This document shows, piece by piece, positions 8,689 through 19,178 of a stretch of 55,380 nucleotides of DNA; within the stretch, counting starts at the first letter, position 1; each line of letters opens with the position of its first letter. The notes under the pieces are model-generated. The model saw only the letters and a program-made list of their open reading frames with translations, was not told the origin of the DNA and did not search any database. The DNA is taken from IMG/VR virus record IMGVR_UViG_3300051212_000924, positions 1 to 55,380 of that record. One strand, written 5' to 3'. A program made the translations under genes and the position numbers. This stretch comes from a virus (lineage: Duplodnaviria > Caudoviricetes).

Positions 8689-10722
8689 ATGATTGAAGAG
8701 TCACTAGTTAAGAGTAATTTTATTGGTAGAGATGGTTTCCGCTGGTGGATAGGGCAGATTCCCCCACTCAGTACGATGGGGAAGCAAACAACTGGTAATG
8801 GTTGGGGAAATCGTTATAAAGTTCGTATTATGGGATATCATCCCGCAAATACGACAGAACTAAAAGATGAAGATTTGCCTTGGGCAATTTGTTTATTGCC
8901 AACGACTTCCGGAACTGGTGGTGCCGAATTAACAACATCAATTAAATTAACTCAAGGTGATACTGTTTTTGGATTTTTCCTTGACGGTGACGATGCTCAG
9001 ATCCCTGTAATTATGGGATGTCTTGGGCACACCAAATACAAAGTATCTGGAGAACCTGGACCATTCAAACCTTTTACTGGATATTCTGATTATATTAAAA
9101 ACAATGGTGCTCGTATTGTTCCAAACGAAACTAACGAGAAGACATCTACATCTGCCAAATCACCAAGACTAGTATCTGAGAGAAAAGCAGACGCTATTGG
9201 TGGTGGACCCACTGGAAACGAAAGGTCTTTCTTTAGTGGAATTGGTGAAACTACTCAGGGTGCTTCTGCATCTAGATCGAAAATCTTAGATAAAATCTCA
9301 ACAGCACTTGAGAATTTTATTAATAAAATTGAAACGTTGAATAGAGATATATCATTTGGTATTGAAAGTGCAAGAAGAAAGATTGACATTGAAATTGATA
9401 AGGTCACGAAATCAATTGCGGATTCTATGACTGGTATGGTGACAGGAATCGTGAATACGATTTTTGTTAAAATGGCACCTATTTTAAACCAAGGTCTAAA
9501 ATTATTGTATAGATTGGTTTATAATCTTGTTCTTTCCGCAACAGGAAATCCTGTAGCAGCACATTTGGCAGGAGTGGCTGCCCAAAATGCGATGGTGGCA
9601 CCAATTAAGTTGTTACAAAATAAAATTCCTACAGTTGCAAATTACATTATTAACAGTATTGCAAGTGTAATTAAAGGAATGTTGAAGTCTATAGTGAATA
9701 ATATTACTAACTTTGTGACTTGTGTTGCCGATCAGTTTATTGGATCACTTGTGAACAACGTGATTGGAAAGATGGCAAATACTTTAAAAAGTGCAATCGA
9801 TGGTATTCAGAAAATTACACAGTTCTTTGGTGGGTTCAGTATCCAAAACTTGTTAAATCAAAATCCACTTGCACTTTTTGGTGGTGATCCATCTCCATTA
9901 AGTTGTGGAGAAAAGGCAGAAGGAGTTGGTGCTCAAGTTCTACAATGGGTTATTGGAAAGGGACCAAAAAATGCTCCAGGTTTCCAACCAGAAAAAATTG
10001 TTGAGTTGGCAAACACTGCTAGGTCTGCTGCTGAAACTGCAAAAGGAACAATTGGTGGAATTCAAGAAGCAGTTGGAGCATTTGACATTTACACTTCTAA
10101 CATAAAGAACGCTAACTTCAAGTCAATATTTAATAGGTGTTATGCAGGTCCACCATTGACGTGTGGAGCGCCAACAATTAGTATTTTTGGTGGAGATGGA
10201 ATTGGAGCTGCTGCTGTTCCAATTATGGGAGCACTAGTCAACGATTCAGTTCTCGGTCAAACTGCAAGTATTATAGGTGTTAAGATTCTGAATCCTGGAT
10301 CTGGATACACGTTCCCACCATTTATTGAGGTTCTTGACAATTGTAATAAGGGATATGGTGCTCAGATACGAGCAACTTTAACACCTGAGGGTTCAATTGA
10401 AGATATGTACGTGGTATCTGAAGGTGAAGGATATCCAGTTGGGGAAGTTGTTCCTTATGTTGTTGATCGAGTAAAAGTTATTGACGGTGGAAGAGGATAT
10501 ACAGAAACTGATAAGGTTATTGATAATCTTGGAAATGAATACAAACCAAAGGTATTCCAGGGAACCATCATTGGTGTGGATCCAATAAATAGAACAGAAA
10601 TTACGAACTTGCCTGTTCTTGAAGTTATATCTGATACTGGAGTAGGTGCTCTCTTAAAACCAGTTCTAGATTTCCCAACGCAAGGACCAGCACAAACTCA
10701 AGTAGATTGTATTACAAAATAA
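8689..10722 (+). CDS. gp5: Baseplate hub/spike gp5, N-terminal OB-fold protein
   Basis: FRWWIGQI, RYKVRIMGYH, DLPWA, VFGFFLDGDDAQIPVIMG. Confidence 0.85.
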   Translation: MIEESLVKSNFIGRDGFRWWIGQIPPLSTMGKQTTGNGWGNRYKVRIMGYHPANTTELKDEDLPWAICLLPTTSGTGGAELTTSIKLTQGDTVFGFFLDGDDAQIPVIMGCLGHTKYKVSGEPGPFKPFTGYSDYIKNNGARIVPNETNEKTSTSAKSPRLVSERKADAIGGGPTGNERSFFSGIGETTQGASASRSKILDKISTALENFINKIETLNRDISFGIESARRKIDIEIDKVTKSIADSMTGMVTGIVNTIFVKMAPILNQGLKLLYRLVYNLVLSATGNPVAAHLAGVAAQNAMVAPIKLLQNKIPTVANYIINSIASVIKGMLKSIVNNITNFVTCVADQFIGSLVNNVIGKMANTLKSAIDGIQKITQFFGGFSIQNLLNQNPLALFGGDPSPLSCGEKAEGVGAQVLQWVIGKGPKNAPGFQPEKIVELANTARSAAETAKGTIGGIQEAVGAFDIYTSNIKNANFKSIFNRCYAGPPLTCGAPTISIFGGDGIGAAAVPIMGALVNDSVLGQTASIIGVKILNPGSGYTFPPFIEVLDNCNKGYGAQIRATLTPEGSIEDMYVVSEGEGYPVGEVVPYVVDRVKVIDGGRGYTETDKVIDNLGNEYKPKVFQGTIIGVDPINRTEITNLPVLEVISDTGVGALLKPVLDFPTQGPAQTQVDCITK

Positions 10723-11418
10723 ATGGCTACTCGTCCAAATGAAAACTGGTTCCAAAGGTTCGTAGAAAGTTACGGTCCAAAGTTTCGCATAGATATCGGT
10801 AACCCACAAATGGGTGAAAGTGGCACAGAAGTTTATAATATGTACGGAGTCACCAATGAAGGAGAAGTTTCCTTAGTTGGACTTAGTGAAAATGGAATGT
10901 ATCATATCTACAATGATCAATCGATTGAAATCGTTGCTGGTCAAAAAGCAGCCTCTACAGGCGTTGATATTTACATTACTGGAAAAAACGGTGATGTTTG
11001 GATTACCGCAGAAAAAAATGGAAAAGTAAGAATTAGAGCATCCCAAATTGTTTTGGATGCTGACAAAGACCTCACACTAAATGCTGGTAACAATCTCACA
11101 ATTAATGCAGGACAAAAGATTTCTATCAAAGCAAATGAAGTTTGGACTGATGGTTTACTAGGTAACGCTGTTCCAAAAGAAACTTCTTTTGGACAACGAG
11201 TATTTAAAGGAACGTTTGTTGGTCAAGATGTTGTTGATAAGGCGTTTAGTTCTACAGAACCAAAAGGAGAATGTGAAGATACTGATCAAGGTTCTGGAAA
11301 TTCTAGCGATACTGCTGTTCAACAAAGACAAGAAACTGAAACAATTAACAGACCAGCACCATCATCCTATTATCAACCAGGTGATGGAACAATTGTATTT
11401 ACTCCAGCAGCACAATAA
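10723..11418 (+). CDS. gp5 C-terminal-like beta-helix spike protein
   Basis: Periodic beta repeats (IVLDADKDLTLNAGNNLTINAGQKISIKA) directly after gp5. Confidence 0.6.
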   Translation: MATRPNENWFQRFVESYGPKFRIDIGNPQMGESGTEVYNMYGVTNEGEVSLVGLSENGMYHIYNDQSIEIVAGQKAASTGVDIYITGKNGDVWITAEKNGKVRIRASQIVLDADKDLTLNAGNNLTINAGQKISIKANEVWTDGLLGNAVPKETSFGQRVFKGTFVGQDVVDKAFSSTEPKGECEDTDQGSGNSSDTAVQQRQETETINRPAPSSYYQPGDGTIVFTPAAQ

Positions 11419-11423
11419 AGAAA

Positions 11424-14186
11424 ATGTCACAATATTTTGGAGAAGACGTATTTTTTAATAATAAAGTTCAAGCTTTTGATGATATAAATGCAACAAAAGT
11501 TATAGCAAGTGCTGTTCCTGGATTTGATGGTATTTCTGCTGGACTTTTAGCATCAAGTAAAAACCGAATTTATGTTTCAACTGCCGGAGATGATTCAAAC
11601 AGTGGGTTGAGTGCAGATGATCCAGTTCGTTCAATTAATAAAGCGGTAGAGATTGCTAGAACTCAATTTGACCCTGGAGATAAAAAATCAATATATGTTT
11701 CTTCTGGAGAGTATACAGAAAATATACCCATAATTTTACCTACATTTTGTGCAATAATTGGTGATAGTCTGAGAACAGTTATTCTAAGACCTGGTGTACC
11801 TGATGTTGACTTCTTTAAGGTTAGAGAAGGCACAATGGTAATGAACCTTGTTTTTAGAGATAACGAGGTTGATGATTATACTTTTAGATATGCTATTGCA
11901 TATGATACAAGTGGTGAACCACTTGTTATTAATCAATCCCCATACGCTTTAAATTGCTCTCTTATATCAACTAGAGGTAGAGGTAAAAACGCCTATTCTG
12001 TTGTAGCAGGTCAATGGACTAAAGGTGCATCTCAAACTCCAAGAGGATGTTTTGCTTATGTTGATGGAGACGCCGTAAATTCAATTTCAAGTGGAGACTC
12101 TACGGGCGGAAACCTTGAATCTATGGTTTTTGCTCTGTTGTCAATCATAACTCCAGGTATTGGAATTCATATAGACAATTCTGCGTATGCACAGATTGTT
12201 AACGTTTTTGGAATATTCAATACCGATAATATTCTATGTGAAAACGGTGGATATGCATCAATTACAAACTCAGCAACAAACTTCGGCATCAATGCCTTAA
12301 GGTCTGTAGGATTTTCGACGATTGGTAAAACATATTCTCAAGATGTAGGAATAGTAACTTTTGCTTGTGCTAGTTCTTCTGGGGCTGGAAGCACAGATAG
12401 ATTCATAATTGCTGGAGCAGCATCTACGATTTCTGCAAATTATTCTATAGTCAGTATTGCTGATGATGGTGTTGGTGATGAATTAATAAAACCAGGAATT
12501 GATAAATTACTCCGTTTTGGATATGGAACTGGTGAAACACCATTCACACATCCAAGCACAGAATTTCAAATTAAAAAAGTCTCTGATAAAAGAACAATTG
12601 TTATTAGTTCTCAAACTAGAACCGTTTATGATGTTGCAATTAGTCCTCGTTTAGACCAAAACTTCAGTAGCCCTTATACTTCATATTCAAATTTTAATAA
12701 TGTTAGTGTTCGACAATTAAGACCATCTGTTATCAACTCATCTTCTCATACCTGGGAATATGCTGGATCTGGAACTGATTATAGTGCCTTACCGAAAAAT
12801 GGTGGATTTACAAGAACAGAGAATGAACAGGTAGAAGAAAGCTACGGTCAAGTTTATACATCTGGAACAAATGAACTTGGAGATTTCAAAGTAGGTAATT
12901 TTGTTATTTTAAAAAATAATACTGGAGAAGTTCAATTTACAACTCCAATTCCAATTGCAACAATTGATAGAATTACTTTTACTCAAGGAAATACAAACTT
13001 AATTATTACTGGTGTCGAAAATGATACCACAATGGGTGGTTCTACACCATCTGATAATTTTTTACCAACTCAAAGAGCAGTTAATGTTTTTGTAAGTTCT
13101 GGTTCAACAACACTTACGAATAAAATAATTGCTGCCAGTTCAAATACAATCACTGGACTAACCAATTCAAATCTATCTGGTAGTGCTGGAATCACAAATG
13201 CAAATCTTGCAACACCAACTATTTCGGGAATATCTCTTGGAAGTAATCTTACAGATTTAACACTTGGAACACATTTAAGTTTTGCAAGTGGTTCTACTTA
13301 TAACGGAGGAACTGCAAGACAAATTGTAACTAATGCTACAAATTCTAATACTGGTTCTACTATAGTTGCTCGTGATAGTTCAGGTAACTTTAGTACTAAT
13401 TCGATTACTGCTAATTCTTTTGTGAAAGCAGGTGGAACTTCAAGTCAATTCTTAAAAGCAGATGGATCTATTGATTCTAATGTATATGCCGCAGCAAATA
13501 GTTTTAACGGAGTCCTGAGTAATATATTAACACTTAATACTTCTGGAACTGGAATATCTGGTATTGCGACATATAACAACGCTTCAGCAGTTACGTTTAC
13601 AGTTACTAGCAATGCTACAAGTTCTAACACTAGTGGCGCAATAGTTGCTCGTGATGGATCTGGTAATTTTAGTGCTGGAACTATTACCGCTTCAAGTGCA
13701 ACTATTAACGGAAACTTATCCGTTTCTATGTCTAATTCTACTGGTGGAGGAATTATTCTCTCAGATGATGGAGACATTGTAGACCTCAATGATGGTTGGG
13801 CATCGATGAGATTTTCTAGTGGAGTTAGAGTTTATTCTGCAAACAAAGGAGGTTCGACCGCAGTTTCATTAAGTTCTGGCGGTGTTGTAACTGCAACAGA
13901 CTTTAACTCGACATCCGATATCAGTCTGAAAACCAATATCAAACCAATTCTTTCGCCATTGTCTAAATTACTTCAACTTAACGGTGTAACCTTTAACTGG
14001 AAAAAAGATGATAGACCTTCTGTTGGTGTAATAGCACAAGAAGTTGAAAAAGTATTTCCAGAACTTGTAAATCAAACAGAAAACTTTAAGACAGTTAATT
14101 ATGATGGTTTGATTGGATTGCTGATAGAAGCAATTAAAGAGCAGCAACAGCAAATAGACGAGCTCAAAAAACAGGTCAATAAATAA
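11424..14186 (+). CDS. Tail fibre/spike with C-terminal S74 intramolecular chaperone
   Basis: IYVSTAGDDSNSG...PVRSINKA beta-helix start; IVARD.SGNFS repeats; TSDISLKTNI...GVIAQEVEKVFPELV...LIEAIKE. Confidence 0.85.
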   Translation: MSQYFGEDVFFNNKVQAFDDINATKVIASAVPGFDGISAGLLASSKNRIYVSTAGDDSNSGLSADDPVRSINKAVEIARTQFDPGDKKSIYVSSGEYTENIPIILPTFCAIIGDSLRTVILRPGVPDVDFFKVREGTMVMNLVFRDNEVDDYTFRYAIAYDTSGEPLVINQSPYALNCSLISTRGRGKNAYSVVAGQWTKGASQTPRGCFAYVDGDAVNSISSGDSTGGNLESMVFALLSIITPGIGIHIDNSAYAQIVNVFGIFNTDNILCENGGYASITNSATNFGINALRSVGFSTIGKTYSQDVGIVTFACASSSGAGSTDRFIIAGAASTISANYSIVSIADDGVGDELIKPGIDKLLRFGYGTGETPFTHPSTEFQIKKVSDKRTIVISSQTRTVYDVAISPRLDQNFSSPYTSYSNFNNVSVRQLRPSVINSSSHTWEYAGSGTDYSALPKNGGFTRTENEQVEESYGQVYTSGTNELGDFKVGNFVILKNNTGEVQFTTPIPIATIDRITFTQGNTNLIITGVENDTTMGGSTPSDNFLPTQRAVNVFVSSGSTTLTNKIIAASSNTITGLTNSNLSGSAGITNANLATPTISGISLGSNLTDLTLGTHLSFASGSTYNGGTARQIVTNATNSNTGSTIVARDSSGNFSTNSITANSFVKAGGTSSQFLKADGSIDSNVYAAANSFNGVLSNILTLNTSGTGISGIATYNNASAVTFTVTSNATSSNTSGAIVARDGSGNFSAGTITASSATINGNLSVSMSNSTGGGIILSDDGDIVDLNDGWASMRFSSGVRVYSANKGGSTAVSLSSGGVVTATDFNSTSDISLKTNIKPILSPLSKLLQLNGVTFNWKKDDRPSVGVIAQEVEKVFPELVNQTENFKTVNYDGLIGLLIEAIKEQQQQIDELKKQVNK

Positions 14187-14193
14187 AAATAAA

Positions 14194-14574
14194 ATGGCAT
14201 TTCAAATTTCTGGGACTACAGTAATTGATAATAATAGAGGTTTGAAGCAATATGGTGACACGCTATATTCTTTTGGTAATACTGGAACTGCTGCAAATTT
14301 AGATCTGTCTAACGGAAATTTTATAACTGCAACACTTACTGGCAGTTGCACATTTTCTTTTTCAAACCCAACATCTAATGCCTGTGCTTTCACATTAGTT
14401 CTTACAAATGATGGCACTGGTGGCAGAACAATTACTTGGCCAGCAGCAGTAATTTGGCCATCTGGATCAATTCCTAGTAGAACTACATCAGCAAACAAAA
14501 CTGATGTTTATACTTTTTTCACTGTAAACTCTGGATCAACCTGGTTTGGAAATTTAGCACAATACAACTATTGA
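14194..14574 (+). CDS. Small fibre-associated structural protein
   Basis: LDLSNGNF...FTLVLTNDGTGGRTITWPAAVIW...KTDVYTF domain; late promoter at 14180-14185. Confidence 0.55.
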   Translation: MAFQISGTTVIDNNRGLKQYGDTLYSFGNTGTAANLDLSNGNFITATLTGSCTFSFSNPTSNACAFTLVLTNDGTGGRTITWPAAVIWPSGSIPSRTTSANKTDVYTFFTVNSGSTWFGNLAQYNY

Positions 14575-14578
14575 TATT

Positions 14579-15169
14579 ATGGATTCAAAATATAACAATT
14601 TTATTGGAATGTATCATGATGTATTTCCTGATGGTTTTTGTAATCACTTAATAGATGAATTTGAAAGATTGTTAGTTTCTGGTGCTTGTGGTAATAGGCA
14701 AACATATGAAAATGCACTAAAAACTGCGAAAGATGATCATCACTACTTTATGAATATTAAAGCTAATCCTATGGGTTTTTTTAATAATGAATCTGTAGTA
14801 GATGTATTTGTAAATGGACTACAAAAATGTTTTAATGACTATGTAAATGAATATGATATTCTAAGAGATTATGATTTGAGATGTACCCATCTTAAAATGC
14901 AAAAAACTGTTCCTGGTGGTGGGTATCATAGATGGCACGCAGAACAAAGTCCAGATGCTGATGCAGCAAGATGTTTAGTTTATATCGCTTATTTGAATGC
15001 TATAGAAGAAGCAGGAGAAACAGAGTTTTTATATCAAAGAATTAGAATACCTCCAAAAGAAAACACGATGGTAATTTGGCCAGCGGCATTTACACATACA
15101 CATAGAGGTAATGTAGTTCATGGTGACAAATCTAAATACATAGTGACTGGATGGTTTTACATAGAATGA
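14579..15169 (+). CDS. 2OG-Fe(II) oxygenase, prolyl-4-hydroxylase-like
   Basis: GGGYHRWHAE, YLN..EEAGETEF, WPAAFTHTHRG, KYIVTGW. Confidence 0.85.
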   Translation: MDSKYNNFIGMYHDVFPDGFCNHLIDEFERLLVSGACGNRQTYENALKTAKDDHHYFMNIKANPMGFFNNESVVDVFVNGLQKCFNDYVNEYDILRDYDLRCTHLKMQKTVPGGGYHRWHAEQSPDADAARCLVYIAYLNAIEEAGETEFLYQRIRIPPKENTMVIWPAAFTHTHRGNVVHGDKSKYIVTGWFYIE

Positions 15170-15172
15170 AGT

Positions 15173-16033
15173 ATGACTGCCAACGCTAGAAGACTTTTTT
15201 CATCACAAGAAATTGCTGGAAGCGTAACTTTTAATTCTCCAGGTACTTGGACTTCTCCAAATAGATTGGTTCAGGTTACTGTTCAGGGTCAAGGTGGAAC
15301 AGGAAGTTCAGGAAATTCTGGAACAGCAGGCACCGGTGATCCAGGAAATTCTGGAACTAGTGGTGGTGGCGGAGGTGGAGGTAGCTCACCAAACCACAAT
15401 GGTGGTTCTCCAGGAAATCCAGGAACTGGTGGTGGCGGCGGCAGTGCAGGATATCGTGGAAATTCTGGAGGATCGGGCGGCGTCGGTAATCCTGGTGCTG
15501 CAAATCCTGGAATTTCTGGAAATGCAGGCAGTACTGGAACAACCTCTTCTGCTTTAGGAGTTAGTTTTCCTGGGGGCGCTGGTGGAAATGGGGGAACTGC
15601 TAATCCAGGAACAGCAGGTTCTGGAGGTGGTGGAGGAAACGGCGGCGGCGGCGGTGGCGGTGCCAACTATGGCGGTTCAAACGGGGCTGGGGGAAACCCC
15701 GGAGGTAATCCAGGAACCAACCGACCAAAAAACACAGGTAGCTCTGTTGGAGGAAATGGAGGTGCAGGAAGTGCGGCTAGCGGTGGAAACGGTGGGGCTG
15801 GAGGAAACGTAAGACCAAACCGCCCTGGAGTAGCTAATAATATGGGATCTGGCGGTGGTGGCGGCGGAGCTAATGTTGGAAATCCTGGAAGTCCTGGTTC
15901 AACAGGACCCGCAGGTAGTGGATCTGCGGCGTCTCCATCAACTTCTCCAGGAGTATCTGTAACTCCCGCAACTTCTTATCCAATTACTGTTGGATCTGGA
16001 GGATTCATAACCATTTCTTGGAACACACAATAA
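15173..16033 (+). CDS. Glycine-rich fibre/adhesin-like protein
   Basis: Poly-Gly/GxxG tracts and 14 X-Pro-Gly motifs; TFNSPGTWT and YPITVGSGG...ISW termini. Confidence 0.7.
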   Translation: MTANARRLFSSQEIAGSVTFNSPGTWTSPNRLVQVTVQGQGGTGSSGNSGTAGTGDPGNSGTSGGGGGGGSSPNHNGGSPGNPGTGGGGGSAGYRGNSGGSGGVGNPGAANPGISGNAGSTGTTSSALGVSFPGGAGGNGGTANPGTAGSGGGGGNGGGGGGGANYGGSNGAGGNPGGNPGTNRPKNTGSSVGGNGGAGSAASGGNGGAGGNVRPNRPGVANNMGSGGGGGGANVGNPGSPGSTGPAGSGSAASPSTSPGVSVTPATSYPITVGSGGFITISWNTQ

Positions 16034-16389
16034 TGGACACACTTACAAAGTATGCTTTCTTAGATAAGAATAACATAGTGGTCAATTGTATAGTGACTGT
16101 TGGTATTTTAACGGAAATTGGAAGTTCTTTAGAACCTTGTGGTATCATTGAGTATGGATCAGAAAATTCTTTAACTTTAAATGAAGCGTCTATCGGATAT
16201 AGTTTAGATGAAAATTTAAATGCTTTTATTCCACCTCAACCAGATTCAACTTATCTTTTAGATCAAACATCGTGGAGTTGGAAACCAGATCCATCGTTAG
16301 AATATGATTTGAAAAATGATGGTAAAATGTATAAGTATGATGATGAAAATACTTGTTGGATTCCGACTTGGAAAAGTGACAATATATAA
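16033..16389 (+). CDS. Hypothetical protein, fibre-assembly-like
   Basis: TAATG overlap with the Gly-rich gene; ASIGYSLDE..NAFIPPQP...W motif. Confidence 0.55.
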   Translation: MDTLTKYAFLDKNNIVVNCIVTVGILTEIGSSLEPCGIIEYGSENSLTLNEASIGYSLDENLNAFIPPQPDSTYLLDQTSWSWKPDPSLEYDLKNDGKMYKYDDENTCWIPTWKSDNI

Positions 16390-16415
16390 ATTAACAGAAA
16401 CAATAATTTTAGATT

Positions 16416-16856
16416 ATGGCACAGAAAAAAATTTCTAAAACGAGAAAACAAATACATGCAGAATATGAAAACAACGAGCTTGCTTGTTTAAAACAAAATC
16501 AAACTAGAGCAAGATCTCTTTCTGTTGGAACGTGTACTGGTGGATTGATTGAAGTCAACATGAGAGGAGACTTTTCCAACCTTTGGTATATTTTACATCC
16601 TGTTGAAGCAGTTGAAGTTATGGAGCAACTTGCTGCTGCGTGTGGTCTACAAATTGCTATGCGTCCTAAACAAGATTTTAGTACTTGGAGATCTTGGGAT
16701 ACTACAATCCCAGGCGCTTCTCATTGGTTAGGAGCAGCGCCCTGGCAACTTGATGACGAACAAAGAGAAAAACTAACGGAGATTAGAGAAAAGAATATAA
16801 AAGCAATAGAAGAAAGTAAAGATAAACTACTCAACGAATCAAAAGATGAATCTTGA
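16416..16856 (+). CDS. Hypothetical protein
   Basis: 146-aa ORF in the operon, overlapping the next gene. Confidence 0.6.
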   Translation: MAQKKISKTRKQIHAEYENNELACLKQNQTRARSLSVGTCTGGLIEVNMRGDFSNLWYILHPVEAVEVMEQLAAACGLQIAMRPKQDFSTWRSWDTTIPGASHWLGAAPWQLDDEQREKLTEIREKNIKAIEESKDKLLNESKDES

Positions 16857-17385
16857 TGAACTTTATGTTTTAGTTGATACTCGTCAAAAAATAATCATTG
16901 ATAAGATACAAAAACTTCCAGAAAATTGGAAAAATATTGCTGGTCTTTCTGGTTTAACTGACGAACAACTTAGTGACTTCAAGTGGGCAGGATATGAACA
17001 TTATGGGTGGATAAAACTGAATTCACCTTTTCTAAATGATTATCAATCTAGTCCAGAAAATTTAGAGTTAAATAAAAATACTTTTAAGAAGTTAGTTTCT
17101 AATTTCAAAAAAGAAAAAATATTAGATGGAATTGAGTATCAAGGAATAAAATTTACTGCTGATGAAAAAACTAGATATTCACTTTTTATTAAAAAATTGA
17201 GCAATCTAGATACAGTCAACTATAAATCTTTTAACAAATACTATACCTTTACTAAAGAACAAATTATTGAAATCTGTGATATAATTGAGTTATATGTGCA
17301 GAAATGCTTTGACTGGGAAATGGAAGTTTATATGCAAATAGAAAATTGTAACAGTTTAAGTGATTTTTTAAACGTTAATTTATGA
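16846..17385 (+). CDS. Hypothetical protein, DUF4376-like fibre-associated
   Basis: LPENWKNIAGL N-terminus; C-terminal GIEYQG..F.AD...YVQKCFDWE. Confidence 0.55.
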   Translation: MNLDELYVLVDTRQKIIIDKIQKLPENWKNIAGLSGLTDEQLSDFKWAGYEHYGWIKLNSPFLNDYQSSPENLELNKNTFKKLVSNFKKEKILDGIEYQGIKFTADEKTRYSLFIKKLSNLDTVNYKSFNKYYTFTKEQIIEICDIIELYVQKCFDWEMEVYMQIENCNSLSDFLNVNL

Positions 17386-18221
17386 AGACATTAATTCCTC
17401 TGACTGGCACACCAAGGTCAGGGTCTACTTTATTGATGCACATCTTAAATCAAAATCCAAATTTTACAATTGGAGCAGATTCTTCCTTATCACCAGTTTT
17501 GAATCATGTTCGTTCTTATGTTCAAGATAACATTAATAATGAACAACTTCCTCATCAAATTTTTAATCAGTGTATTTTAAAATTTTGTTCCTCTGGAGCA
17601 GAATCTTGGTTAAACGAAATTTGCCCAACTGATTATTTTATTGATAAATCCAGACACTGGATATATCAATATCACTTTATGTTTAAAGTATTTCCAAATA
17701 TGAAGATGATACTAAATCTTCGTGATTTGAGAGGAATAGTTAATTCAATTGAAAAAATTCATGATACTTCGTTGTGCATGAATTTTCAAAATTACTATGA
17801 AGGATTTGAAAAAGATTTTCTACATCAAAGAATTGATAATATTTTAAATCTTTGGTTTATTAAAGAATCTCTTGTAAGCCTCAAGGAATTGATTGATGTT
17901 GCTCCAAAGTGTAGAGAAAATATACTCATCTTTAGATATGAAAATCTACTTCAGGATCCTCAAGAGTCTATGAATAAAATCTATGACTTTTTAGATATTC
18001 CCAGATTTGAACATGATTTTGACAATATTGATGGCACAATCAGTCACTTTGATAATATGTACCAACCTTATGGAAATCATCAAATTAGAAATAAACTAGA
18101 AAACTATAATGGTGGATTTTCACATCTTCCTCAAAATATTTGTGACTATATTGTCGAAAGTCATAAATGGTATTATGATCATTTCTATCCCGAATTTTTG
18201 GAAGGGACTGAAAACGCTTGA
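17382..18221 (+). CDS. PAPS-dependent sulfotransferase
   Basis: 5'-PSB loop GTPRSGSTLL, DKSR, 3'-PB RDLRGIVNS, RYENL. Confidence 0.85.
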   Translation: MKTLIPLTGTPRSGSTLLMHILNQNPNFTIGADSSLSPVLNHVRSYVQDNINNEQLPHQIFNQCILKFCSSGAESWLNEICPTDYFIDKSRHWIYQYHFMFKVFPNMKMILNLRDLRGIVNSIEKIHDTSLCMNFQNYYEGFEKDFLHQRIDNILNLWFIKESLVSLKELIDVAPKCRENILIFRYENLLQDPQESMNKIYDFLDIPRFEHDFDNIDGTISHFDNMYQPYGNHQIRNKLENYNGGFSHLPQNICDYIVESHKWYYDHFYPEFLEGTENA

Positions 18222-18246
18222 CACCCGTTCCGACCTGCCCTATAAT
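18218..18246 (+). promoter_or_regulatory. Sigma70-type promoter
   Basis: TTGACA-N17-TATAAT, perfect consensus. Confidence 0.85.
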
Positions 18247-18273
18247 ATGGGGGTAATCAACGGACCACCTTTT

Positions 18274-18483
18274 ATGAGTACCGCACAAGAAACCGTTCTT
18301 GGTATTGTTATCGATGTTTGCACTCGTTCTTTCCTTTTGATTAGTGATCAGGGTAGCGAGCGCCTGATTGAGTGTGATACCGTCGAAGAGTTTATGAACG
18401 TGCTGGAAGTTATCACTGCACAACTTGACCCAGAGCAAATTGAGTATGCCGATCTGGCAATCTATGGTCAGGACAGCAACTAA
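18274..18483 (+). CDS. Hypothetical protein (69 aa)
   Basis: ATG just downstream of the promoter: MSTAQETVLGIVIDVCTRSF... Confidence 0.65.
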   Translation: MSTAQETVLGIVIDVCTRSFLLISDQGSERLIECDTVEEFMNVLEVITAQLDPEQIEYADLAIYGQDSN

Positions 18484-18496
18484 ATAAAACACAAAA

Positions 18497-18667
18497 ATGG
18501 AAGTTTTCACTGTGGTAGAGTTTCAAGAACGTTTTGACGAACTGATTGAAAGAGTGGGAAACGGAGAGCGATTAGGCATAATTGATGAAGATGAACGAGC
18601 AGCAGTTATGATGCCTGCGGATGATGACCTCATACGAATACACACCGACCATGATGAAGCTTCTTAA
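18497..18667 (+). CDS. Phd/YefM antitoxin-like small protein (56 aa)
   Basis: MEVFTVVEFQERFDELIERVGNGERLGIIDEDERAAVMMP matches the Phd N-terminal pattern; TAAATA at 18481. Confidence 0.55.
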   Translation: MEVFTVVEFQERFDELIERVGNGERLGIIDEDERAAVMMPADDDLIRIHTDHDEAS

Positions 18668-19178
18668 TTCAAGGAAAATTATTACCAAAGAAGAACAACA
18701 AGAATTTCTGAATTGGATTTTTTCAAACGAGAATAAATTTTTACCCAATTATGCAGGTCCTCATAGAAAATTTATGAGTCTTGATAAAATAAACGAATCA
18801 GAAAAACCAAAGTTGTTCTTTGAGGTAAAGAACAGAATCTTGAAAAAAGAAAATATTTTAGAGTGGGAACAAGATCCACTTTTTGGAGATATAGTTACTT
18901 GGAATACAACCAAAGGATTCATACACGAACATTTGGATGAAAGTCTTCCAGGAAGAGAACACTTTAGATTTAATTTGTTTTTGTCTAAACCAGAAAAAGG
19001 AGGAGACCCAATTTTAATGGGTAAAAAACTGAATTTTGAGGAAAGGCAATACATCAAATATCATGTTAATAAGCAAAAACATAAGTCTCTTCCAGTAGAG
19101 GGAGATAAACCAAGAATAGCAATATCTTATGGAATATCCATCACTACCGAATACTTAAATCATTTAATGGGAGCATAG
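18621..19178 (+). CDS. 2OG-Fe(II) oxygenase (start may be 18651)
   Basis: HEHLD (HxD), KGGDP, distal H, RIAISY. Confidence 0.7.
   Translation: MMTSYEYTPTMMKLLNSRKIITKEEQQEFLNWIFSNENKFLPNYAGPHRKFMSLDKINESEKPKLFFEVKNRILKKENILEWEQDPLFGDIVTWNTTKGFIHEHLDESLPGREHFRFNLFLSKPEKGGDPILMGKKLNFEERQYIKYHVNKQKHKSLPVEGDKPRIAISYGISITTEYLNHLMGA

Noticed and set aside
15289-15666. Pro-rich antisense ORF
   Set aside because: Reverse complement of Gly codons in the real gene.
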